Of a stretch of 64,000 nucleotides of DNA, positions 25,912 through 37,120 are shown piece after piece. Made by a program: the position numbers and the translations under genes. How positions within the stretch are numbered: position 1 is the stretch's first letter; the number at the start of each line of letters is the position of its first letter. A model generated the notes under the pieces. It saw only the letters and a list, made by a program, of their open reading frames with translations, was not told the origin of the DNA and did not search any database. Source of the DNA: Auanema rhodensis (lineage: Eukaryota > Animalia > Nematoda); contig OZ059897.1 of NCBI GenBank assembly GCA_964057225.1, positions 9,982,001 to 10,046,000 on the forward strand. Reading direction: 5' to 3'.

Positions 25912-26600
25912 TCTTATTGTAAAAATTATTTTTTAATTAATATAATTAATCAAAAATATCAGAGAAAATAAGAAGAATTATGTCATATAGAACATTAAAG
26001 GTTGGCCTTATTTGTTCATCTAGTGAAGGATGTTGGTCACTTATTGATTTTTCTCTCAGTTGTATTATTTCGTTCTCATATCATTATTCTATTATTTTTT
26101 TTATAATTTATCTGTATACAATTTAAATATCAAATAAAAATATATATAAATATCTAAAAATTATATAAATTATATTAGAAAAACAAATATCACATTTATT
26201 ATCTTGTAAACAAATTTTATAAATTAACTTCCTTTTATGAATTCTCGAAATCATTGCTTACGTTTGGAAAAAAAACATTTATTTCAAACAATCAAAACAG
26301 GTTTCGTTATTTCTTTTGAGATAAAGATACTGCTAATAAAGTGTATTGATAACATAGATACTGGTTATCTAAAGTGGAAAGACTTGAAAACAAAGTTTTT
26401 TCACTCAGCTTCAAATACTTTCTTACGCAAAAATTGGCTTTTTCTAAAGGAAAATGAGAATTATATCCTCGTTTTTAAGATCATCTAATAAAATTATTTC
26501 ACCTACCAGAAGAGAGGTAGAAAAATTCTTTATATTGCGTTTTATTTATATTTTTTTATTTTATTATAAATAATTATTCATATTATTTAAGATTTGTAAA

Positions 26601-28170
26601 ATGACTAATCCTACTCCACCTGCTTGTCTCTCAACCGAAATGGTTATTCCTCCTCGACAACTTTTTGGACCAGGTATTTTCAAAACGTTTGTTTGGCTTC
26701 TTATTCCAAAACCAATGTCAAGGTCCATCTAATATGACATCAGCTATTGCTAGTTCTCAATCCCGGAGTCTCCTTGGTCACCTCCACCCTGAATTTGTAA
26801 AGGTTAACGATACCTTTTATAATTATTTCTGTTTTCACCACCTTCATCTCTAGGTCATGTCAGATGTAAGAGTTGGACTTCAATATATGTTTCAAACTAC
26901 GAATGCTTACACCTTTGCCGTTAGTGGAACAGGTACTAGAGAAAGCATCTCTTATGTTCAATAATCTATGATGTTTAGGACATGCTGGTATGGAATGTGC
27001 TCTGCTCAACTTATTAGAACGAGGGGAAACTCTGTTAGTAGTTCAAAATGGAATTTGGGGGCAACGAGCTTCAAGCCTAGGAAAACGTATGGGTCTAAAC
27101 GTTATTGAGATTGAAGCTCCACTTGGGCAAAGTATGCCAACTGATCGTATCTGTGATGTATAAAAAGCACAAAATTCTGTTATTTAAGTATTATTTTCAA
27201 GGCAATTAAAGAGCATAAGCCGCAAGTTGTGTTCGTCTGTCATGGAGAAAGTTCGACAGGTGTGTGTCAACCTTTGACCAGCATTGGTGATATCTGTAAG
27301 CAAACGAATACACTCTTTCTTGTTGATACTGTGAGAACATTTTCTTTATTACATCACTGAATTATGAATTGAAGGTAGCTTCGTTAGGTGGAGCGAAATT
27401 CGCTATGGATGATCTTGGAGTAGATTGTGTTTACTCGGCCACTCAGAAGGTTTTGAACGCTCCTCCTGGTTTAGCACCAATATCATTTAGTGATCGAGCT
27501 ATGTACTGATTGTACAAAGTTATCTTTGTTAGTATTGTTGATCATTTTAGGAGTAAGATAAGGTCAAGGAAAGAAATAGTTCCATCATTCTACTTCGACT
27601 GCCTTGAATTAGGAAATTATTGGGGTTGTGATGATCAACTCAAAAGGCAAAATTTAACTAAAATTCATGCTCTAATTTAGCAATTTAGATATCATCATAC
27701 TGCTCCCATATCATCTGTTTATGCATTAAGAGAGGCTCTCGCAATTGTTGCGAAGGAAGGAATCAACAATGTTGTTAAACGACATGAAGAAAATGCTGTT
27801 TTTCTATATGATAAACTTAAAGAGATCGGTTTAGAATGCTTTGTCGCTAATAAGGTGTTGATTTATATTAATTCAATTAATTAGATAATTTTTTTAAAGA
27901 ACGATCGTTTGCCATGCCTAACTACGGTAAAAATTCCAGATAATGTAGATTGGAAACAGGTCATGAGCACATTATTGACAGAAGGAATTGAGGTAACTCG
28001 TATACTCAAGCTCTAATGTTCACATCGGTATATTCTAGATTGCTGGTGGGCTTGGTGCTACTGTTGGAAAAATATGGAGAATTGGAACTTTTGGCCAGAA
28101 TTCCGATCAGAAAAAAATAATAGAAGTTGTCTCCAAACTGGCTGCTGCTATTAACAAATCTAAGATATGA
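26601..28170 (+). CDS. agxt-1: Alanine-glyoxylate / serine-pyruvate aminotransferase (class V PLP enzyme)
   Basis: [55 protein letters not shown] (PLP lysine), [13 protein letters not shown] and GKIWRIG motifs; ends SKI*. Confidence 0.95.
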
Positions 28171-28652
28171 ATTAATTCGGGATAACTTCACTGACTATTT
28201 TTATACGATAACTTATGTGTTAATATTATTTATTATCCATTATTATACATTATAATTTATAATTATATTTTATTGTCTAATATTCATTAAATGATTTTAC
28301 GTATTTATCTTCCGGTTAACTAAAGTAGGGAAATTAACTATATACTGAACATTTACCCAGACAAATAATGTGTTAAAGAAAATAATTATTTCATAACCTC
28401 AGTTCCTTCCTATCGTATATAAAACCCAAATTCTTACTTTATAAACAAGATAATTTTGAAATTATGAATTTCTAATTTTCAAGGTGAAAACGGTGATAGC
28501 TCACGTACGCATTTTTGATTTCACGAAAACCGGGAGTAATTTTTCTTTTTTTAAATTTTGCATATATATTTTAATATTTTAGCTCTTTTTGTTTGAAATT
28601 TTGAAATTTCAATTCCTCTTTTTAGGTTTAATTCTTCCGAACATTTGCCAAG

Positions 28653-31600
28653 ATGGATGGAATGTGTTTCATCCGGTCGGGTGAAGAACCCTACATGCAA
28701 TTAGATAGATTACAACTTAGAAATTATTTTCCTCATGAAATAGAGAAATTGAGTGTTATACGTGTAACTCAAACGAAAACCTTTGACGAGGTAAAATATT
28801 TTTTTTACTAAGTTTTGATAATATATAATAACTTTAGATTGGTCATCCAGTCAAAGGAGGTTTGTACGATCCTGCTTTAGGTCCTCGAGGAAATGATAGA
28901 TGCGAAACTTGCCATCAATATGATGTTCACTGCCCTGGTTTATATTAAATTTTGTAGCTCTGTTAACAAAATATTTTCAGGTCATATCGGTCATATTAAG
29001 TTAGATGTTCCTGTTTTCAACCCAGTATTATATAGTTTCACGTTAAATGTGTGGATTTATCTTTCTTTATTTGTGCATATATGTTTCTTTTCAGTTGTTC
29101 AAAGGATCATGTGTGCAATGCCATAGACTTACGTGTAATGCTGACGGTTTAACAGCTAAAGTTTTCTTAGCACAATTGAGGTAGAAAAAATTCCAATGAA
29201 CAAAATATGTGTATTATTTAGATGTTTTGAATTGGGTGTACCTCACCTTATTCCTGTTGTTGCCTCGGCGTATAAGGACAAGCTAAGTAATATGGATGGT
29301 ATGAACCTCTTTCGTTGCACATATCCTCATTAAATTTGCAGTTTCTGACAACATGACCATTGAAGAAGAGATGCAACTGTTAGCTGAAGTTGATAAAATG
29401 ATTACTGATTATGTGGGTATACTATTGTAAATGCCAGTACTAAATATTTCTAGGTCGAAAAGCCATTGTCTGAATTGAAATGTGGTGTTCCGGATAAAAA
29501 TACTATTGACTTGAAGAAAGAAATAATGACAGAGTTTTTGAGAGGATCATTGGTATTTTTTTTAGTCTTGATTAATTAAACATATTTTTTCGTTTTAGTT
29601 CAGAAGACGAGAAAAATGTCCACTTTGTGGCGGCAAGAATGGCAAACTTACTAACGATCAAGCTAGATGTATTATTCTTAACTTTGCATCTGCTGCTAAA
29701 TCCAAAATTAAGACAACGAAAAAAGTTTGTCTATTTTTGTTGAGATTGTCTATAATTTATAGTTTTAGCCAAATATGTATAGAGATGAATTTGAAGTAGA
29801 AGAATCTGAAGAAGAATCTGATAAAGAAGGTATATTGAGAGAAAGTTTCTACTTTATTTTATCTGTATTTAGTTGATCTTGAAAAAATTGGTTACGGAGG
29901 AATTGATGTTTCTGAAGGTAGTTTAGATCAACAAATGATGGCTGTTCGAAGAGGAGCTTGTGATAAGGTTTTATACAAGATTTTATCAAAGTTAATTTTT
30001 ATTTTAAGTTGGCTTGGCGTGCTGCTGAGGTTCGTGAACACTTCCGGTTATTGTTCAAAAATGATGGAAGATTCCTTATGAAAGTATTTCCTTTTCTTTG
30101 CGAAGAGAATTCTGTAGGCTTTCTCTCATATAGCTTATCATTTTTTGTTTATTTGTAGTCTAACATTTGTCCATTGGATGGACTTTTCTCTGAATTAATT
30201 GTTGTTCCTCCTACTAAGTTCCGTCCAATTCGCTTCTTCAAAGGATCTAATTATGAAGATCCTCAAACCGTTAATCTTAGAAATTTGTTGGAAGCGGCAG
30301 AAACCATCAAAGTACGCCTATAGGTTATGATGGTTAATTACAGAATATATTATTTAAGGCTATTGTTCTTGTTATGAAAGGAGACAAATCTTCTGCTTTA
30401 CTTGAGTTGATTGCTCATAAAGTTCACGGAAAGACAATTAATGCTAAAATGCATAATGCTTATGTCTTCTTACAAAGAAAGATGAATGCTATCTTCGATG
30501 AGGTATTTATCTTTATATAAATATTTTACTACTACTACTCTATTCTTAGGATCTGGAAAAGGGCATGGACAGTACGACCATTCCTGGTATCAAACAGGTT
30601 TTGGAGAAAAAACAAGGACTTTTCCGAATGAATATGATGGGAAAACGTGTAAACTTTGCTTGCAGGTAAATAAAAAAGTATCTAATCTCTAATCATGTTA
30701 TGATTCAGATCTGTTATTACTCCTGATCCTTACTTGGACATTGACGAAATTGGTATTCCTGAGGTGTTTGCTAAAAAACTAACGTTTTCTGAACCTGTGA
30801 ATGTTTATAACCTACAATATCTACGAAAATTAGTCAAAAATGGTAGTGAAAACCACCCGGGGTACGTAAATAGTGAGAAGGGAATTATATAATTATCTTA
30901 TTTTTAGAGCTAACTTTGTATATAATTCTTCTCAAAAGAAAATTATCTTACAAGATGATTACAAAGAGCTGAGAAATGTTTCAAAGTCTTTGCAACCAGC
31001 TAATGCGGATCACATAAAAGGTCCGATGAGAGTTCTTCGTCATTTGAGAAATGGAGATATGATGATGATGAATCGTCAACCATCTCTTCACAAACCCTCT
31101 ATTATGGGTCACAGATGCCGTGTTTTGAAGGGACAACGAGCTTTGAGAATGAACTACGCTCCATGTAAAGCTTATAACGCTGATTTCGACGGAGATGAAA
31201 TGAATGGCCATCTTGTGCAATCATATATCGCTCAATCTGAAGTTGCTGACATAGGTATCTTTCGTCACATTAATTCTTCTGAGTACCCGCTTGTTTCAGC
31301 TGACGTTGGAAGTAATCTCTTGGTACCAAAGGATGCTACCCCACTTCTTGGTTTAATTCAAGATCACGTAGTTTCTGGTGTGCTTTTAACTCTTCGAGGG
31401 AGATTCCTCAACAAGGTTAAAATTATTCTTTTAACATTTTTTATTGGTTTGCTATAGGAAGATTTTATGCACCTTGTTCTTGCTTCCTTCGCTCATCATA
31501 CGGATAGGATCGAAATTCCTCCACCTTGTATGATTTTGCCACAACAACTATGGAGTGGAAAACAAGTATATATTATCCTTCTACATCTAATCTATCTATT

Positions 31601-34600
31601 ACTTTTAAGGTTATATCTTGTATCTTGAAGAATTGTATTCCTGCTGGAAAACCTTTAATCAATCTCAATGGCAAGGCGAAAACACCCTTGTCTTGCTGGA
31701 AGGTTCGCGGTTTTCCTGAGCCACAATTCGACATGAGTGAATCCCAAGTTATCTTTAGGTGAATATTTTCCAATTTATTGATAATTAATTTTCTTTCTTT
31801 CTTTTCAGAGAAGGAGAACTACTTGTAGGAGTTTTGGATAAGGCTCATTATGGTGCAACACAGTTTGGTCTTGCTCATTGTTGTTTCGAGCTCTATGGAC
31901 CTAAGATTGGCGTTAAAGTTCTTTCATGTTTCTCCAGATTGTTTACTACTTATTTACAAGTTAGATTAGTTTTGTTATCTTTGTTTAAGCAAAGATATTT
32001 CAGTTCCATGGTTTCACCTTAGGAGTAGCTGATATTTTAATTAGACCAGAAGCTGATGAGGACAGAACTAAACAAGTTTTAGAAAGCAGAACTATCGGAG
32101 ATCAAGTAATTGACTGTTTATAGAGTTCATTTTAACGTTTCTATATAGGTTACTATCAAAACATTCAATCTCAAAGAAAATGCTTCACAAGATGAGATTA
32201 AACATGCTCTTGCTTCCGCATATAACAATCCAGCTGGTCAAGGAACTGATGTGAAAATGCTTGATTATGGAATGAAACAAGGCGTTGCTAAATATAACGA
32301 TGCTATCATCAAGTATGTTATTGTTTATGCATCAAGTTGTTCATGGTCGTATTGTTTAGATCTTGTGTTCCTTCTGGTCTCATTCGTTCATTCCCAGAAA
32401 ATGCTCTCCAACTTATGATCCAATCAGGAGCTAAGGGATCTTCTGTTAATGCTATACAGGTACTTATTAGCCACCTATTTTTGAAAATCTTTTCTGTTTT
32501 CCGATTTCTTGCTGTCTTGGTCAAATCGAGTTGGAAGGTAAGCGTATGGCTGTAACCATTGCTGGACGTACTCTACCTTCTTTCAAGTATGTTTAGAAAC
32601 CAAATACGGTTTCGAGTTTTTTTTTTTAGATCTTTCGATTCTTCACCGAGAGCCGGAGGTTATATTGATCAACGTTTCTTAACTGGTATAAATCCTCAGG
32701 AATTATTCTTTCACACAATGGCAGGAAGAGAAGTTAGAATGTTTAATAATTCCTTCTTTAACGTGATCTTAAGGGTCTTATTGATACTGCTGTTAAAACA
32801 TCCAGATCTGGATATCTTCAAAGATGTATTATCAAGCATCTTGAAGGCATCAAAGTTCATTATGATTCTACTGTCAGAGATCATGATGGTTCTATTATTC
32901 AGGTGATTCATTTTAAAAGTGTGTTGTTTATTACTAAAATTTCAGTTCCGTTATGGAGAAGATGGACTTGATACCTGTAAATCGTCCTTTTTGTCTACCA
33001 AAACTTTCAAATTTTTGGAAGATAATCTGGATGCTGCTATGAGTTGTAAGCCCGGCAATGTCAGAGATAGGGAGTATGGTGTAGTCGAAGCTGAGAAACA
33101 GTATTACAAAATACAAAAGTGGAGAAGAAAAAGAGAGAAAAAAGGAATAACGGGAAAAACTTATCAATCCGGATTCACTGAATTCTCATACGAACATCTA
33201 GGTAAAAACAAATTTATAATTCTTTATTGTTTTCTTTTTTTAGGAATGGACAAGAGCTCTATTATTGCTCTATGGTTGGAACTTTCGCCTGAAGAGAAAA
33301 AAGAATATGAAAAGAGAGCCCCTAGCAGGTGTCCAACTGCTGTAGATGAGGTGAGACTTAAACCATTTTGTTTAAGTTTGTTTTTTTAAGAAATTCAATC
33401 TTATGCGTACTCTTGGTGCTTTGCCCGAGAAAACTCTTGATATTATCAATGACTACGTTGGTGATAATGATAATATGAAACATGTATTATTCTGGAAAGG
33501 TAGATACGTTAAACTGAAGCATTGTACTCATTCAAATTAAATTAGGTATGCAATCTATTGCTAGCCCCGGAGAAAATGTTGGATTACTTGCTGCTCAATC
33601 TATTGGAGAGCCTTCAACTCAGATGACACTCAATACTTTCCATTTCGCCGGTAGAGGAGAAATGAACGTTACGCTTGGTATTCCACGTTTAAGAGAAATT
33701 CTTATGACTGCTTCCAAAAATATTGCGACACCTAGTGCACAAGTATGTTGCTACTTACTCATTTGTTGAATTACAATAATTATCTCCAGATTGCTGTAAT
33801 CCCTGGTACATCTCGCGAGAAAATTGACAGAATCAAGCAAGATTTGGATAGAGTTTATCTTAAAGACGTTCTTCGTAACTTTACCCTCGAAGATAGAATA
33901 AATCTAAGCAATGGGTAAGTCACCCTTCCTGTTACACTTTAAAAATATTGGCTTTGCAGTGAACGTTGGAGAAGATACATCCTTCGTCTGGAAATTTTAC
34001 CTGCTCAAAAAAGAGAAAAAGGAGCTCAGCATTTGAAACGACGAAGAATTATGCGAGAAGTTGGAATACTTTAAATATTTTTCATAACTCTGATCCTTTA
34101 GATGGAAAAACGCTTCTTTAAATTGATTGCTAAAACCATAGAGAATAAATTGAAGACTATAGCAAACTATCAGCAAGTACAAACTAAGAAAATGCGTCAA
34201 GGAAATCTAATTGCTGGAATAGGAAATGATGTTCCAGATGCTCGTCAAAGGTATCTGTGAAAAAAATGTTTCGATCAGTAATAAACCATTCATAGAAGAC
34301 GTATTGATGACGGAGCTTCTTCCGACGAGGAAGCTGATGGTGGTAATGATGCCGATGCTGGTGAGAAGAGGCTTCATAATCGACACAAGTTAGTTTCATA
34401 TCTATTTCTTTACATGTTTTTGTGATGTTCAGTGACGAAGCTGCCGATTATGAAGGAGAAGAAGAAGATAGAGGTGCTGTCGAAGAGGAAGTACCAGAAA
34501 TTCCAGAAGATGAAGAGAACGATGACGAATATGATCAAGAATCTGAAGGAGAAGATACACCAGAATCTGGACCAGTAGATGAAACTTCCAATCCTGATTT

Positions 34601-36221
34601 ACGTATTCGTGTAAGTCATTCAATTATTTGTTCAGCTTAATGATATATCATTGTAGCAAGTTCTTCAATCTGCTGGATACGTCGTAGAGTATGAATTTGA
34701 TGTTCAAAAAGATAGATGGTGTCAAGTTGTTTTCCAAACACCCTTGAGCAGTAAGACCAAGCTAGACATGTCAGCGATTATTGATAAGTTAGTGAAACAT
34801 TTGTTGAACATACTAATCCTTTCATGTTTATAGGGAAATTGAGAACTTTATTGTTCATCAAACTCCAGGTATTGAGAGGTGCGTAGAAAGTGTACAAAAC
34901 AAAAACGGTGTTGATGTGACGTACATTCAAACACAAGGTGTCAATCTTCAGGTAAGTACAACTTTGTTATCAATTATTCAGAACAATTTTATTTTTAGGC
35001 TCTTTTCCGGTATTCAAATTGGCTGGATGTTAATAGTGTTTACTCTAACGATTTGAATTTGGTGTTGAACCAGTATGGTGTTGAGGCTTGTGCTAAAGCC
35101 ATCGTCACTGTGAGTTTATGTCTTCCATTCGCGAGTATTCTCCACCAAATGAATGTTTCAAAAACGATAATTCATGTTTTCCTCCACAATGCTTTGTTTT
35201 CGTAGTATAGCCATTGAAAACTTAGGAGATACGGTACTTTCTGTTTAAGTCTTCTGTGTTTTTCCGTATGCTACTGTAAACTCTCTAAGTTCTTTTTCTT
35301 CTGTTTCTAGTTGTTTTTCCTACTATTTCGTAACCATGTTACTGCTGCTTACAACAGAGAGCCATACGAAGCGGGGGTTGTCTATTGGTCTTTCTACGTC
35401 ATGAAACCCTGTTCCCAATTCATCAGCAATCAGCTATATCATTATTAATAATCTGATAGACATTTTTCCAAGATCAAAATGTTTAGTGATATTCGTTTAA
35501 ATTTTGGACGCTCCGATCAAAAACTTTTCTAATTTCTTTGAACCCAAACGTTTTACCGTGGAAAAATGCGTTGCAAAAAATTGATTAAAACTAGTGGAAT
35601 GAAACTTATATTTCTATATTTTAGGAAATGAATAATGTGTTCGGAGTGTATGGTATTGAGGTATCAAAGAGACATTTGTCATTGACCGCCGATTACATGA
35701 CGTTCACTGGACGTATAGCACCATTCAATCGCGGTGCCATGTCCTCCAGTGCTTCTCCGCTACAGAAGATGACATTCGAAACAACGGTTGCGTTCTTACG
35801 TGAATCTCTATTACATGGTACGTGAAAAAGTATTTGAACTCAAAAGAAAAGTTACACTGTAATTGACATTCTTATGACTCCGATATATACATGGTTGATC
35901 AATTAAATTAGTGATTTGTCACAAATGAATCTATTAATATAGATTCATGAACAAGAAATAGAATTATAAAAAATGTGATCAGGGAACATTAGTTATTTTC
36001 GTTATACTATTTTTAGCCAAACACAAAGACATGGAAGATATTTATTAAACTTTGTTTATCATGGCGTCATATCTAGGATTGTAAATGTTCTAAATGATAT
36101 ATTAATTTCAGGAGAAGAAGACTATTTGTCATCACCTTCAGCTCGTTTAGTTGTTGGTAGCTTGAGTCAAGGAGGTACAGGATCATTCGATATCCTTTTT
36201 GATATGGATTACTCTTCGTAG
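28653..36221 (+). CDS. rpoa-1: DNA-directed RNA polymerase I largest subunit (RPA1/RPA190), about 35 exons
   Basis: [10 protein letters not shown], CxxC...HCPGHIGHI zinc site, [37 protein letters not shown], catalytic [63 protein letters not shown] and an acidic expander-like loop. No CTD heptads. Confidence 0.97.
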
Positions 36222-36449
36222 AGGATAACTTTTTCATTTTGTTGTTATTTGTTGTTATCTGTTGTTGTTGTTGAATCCTTTATAACAGAATTTACTCAAA
36301 AGTTTTGACTGTAGTTGCTCGAAAGTAGGAACATCTTGAAACTGTTTCATGTTGTTGTCTGTTATGTATGTCTGTTTTGTGATATTCGTTACAGCTATTG
36401 TTTTTGTTATCTATTTAGTTTTAAATGATGATTGTTGACAAGCATTTAG

Positions 36450-36970
36450 ATAAATATACTATTTATTATATGTACATGTAGGGGGTACTAGCACCAAATA
36501 TGGTTAAAGCTCGATTTAGAGAACCACTTTATGAAAGCAATTTAAAAGTGACAGCCGAGTCGTTGATAGAGTTGATCATCTACGGGTTTCACATGACAGA
36601 ATAGCCAGAACGAGCAACGGCATTTGTTCTAAGAGAACTCGTCGAGATCAGCTTTTAACGATGTCTGCATCAGTTGCCGATTTGGTTACTGAAAAAACCA
36701 AACAATAAAAAAAGAAATAACAATAAAATATTAAAATGAAATAAAACAAAAAAAAAGAATTAAAATACTTACGTTGAGCACAATCGCTCTCGACCAATGG
36801 TAGAGAAACGATGAGGTTTCCTTTGATAAGAAGCCCATTCGAGGGTATCTCTTGTAGGATGAATAATACTAATCATAGTAATAACTTGCGAATATCTCTT
36901 AGTTTGTAAGAATACAGATAAATATTATCTCAATATTTATCGAGAAAGAGTTCTTTTTAATAGAGGCTAA
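36450..36970 (-). ncRNA. Spliced Pol II transcript lacking a long ORF (lncRNA, pri-miRNA or micropeptide gene)
   Basis: On the minus strand: TATA box near 36993-37000, intron 36772-36689 (GTAAGT...TTTTTTCAG), AATAAA at 36467-36462. Exons are GC-richer than the flanks. Longest spliced ORF is 40 codons. Ends are approximate. Confidence 0.55.
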
Positions 36971-36989
36971 CCGGGTCCTTTCAGCCAAC

Positions 36990-37120
36990 TGCCTTATATA
37001 TGGGTAGGCGACTCCGCCCCTACGCGCTTCCGAGCACTTGTACGGCCGTCCTATTGCACCCGACACCGTTGTCTATGACGTGAGAGACCAGCCGGGCATT
37101 GGGCCAAGTCCCGCCCTGAG
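36990..37120 (-). promoter_or_regulatory. GC-rich core promoter
   Basis: Read on the minus strand: GGGCGGGA and GGGGCGGAG GC boxes, CCAAT, TCACGTCA (CRE/E-box-like) and TATATAAG, in the order expected for a promoter. Confidence 0.65.

Noticed and set aside
28170-28653. agxt-1 / rpoa-1 operon
   Set aside because: Same strand and close, but the spacer looks promoter-like and SL2 usage cannot be read from DNA.
30981-34623. Minus-strand ORFs overlapping rpoa-1
   Set aside because: Antisense shadows of coding exons.
35110-35625. Unusually long rpoa-1 intron with coding-like minus-strand sequence
   Set aside because: Interrupted by stops and no recognisable motif; probably a decayed insertion that I cannot classify.
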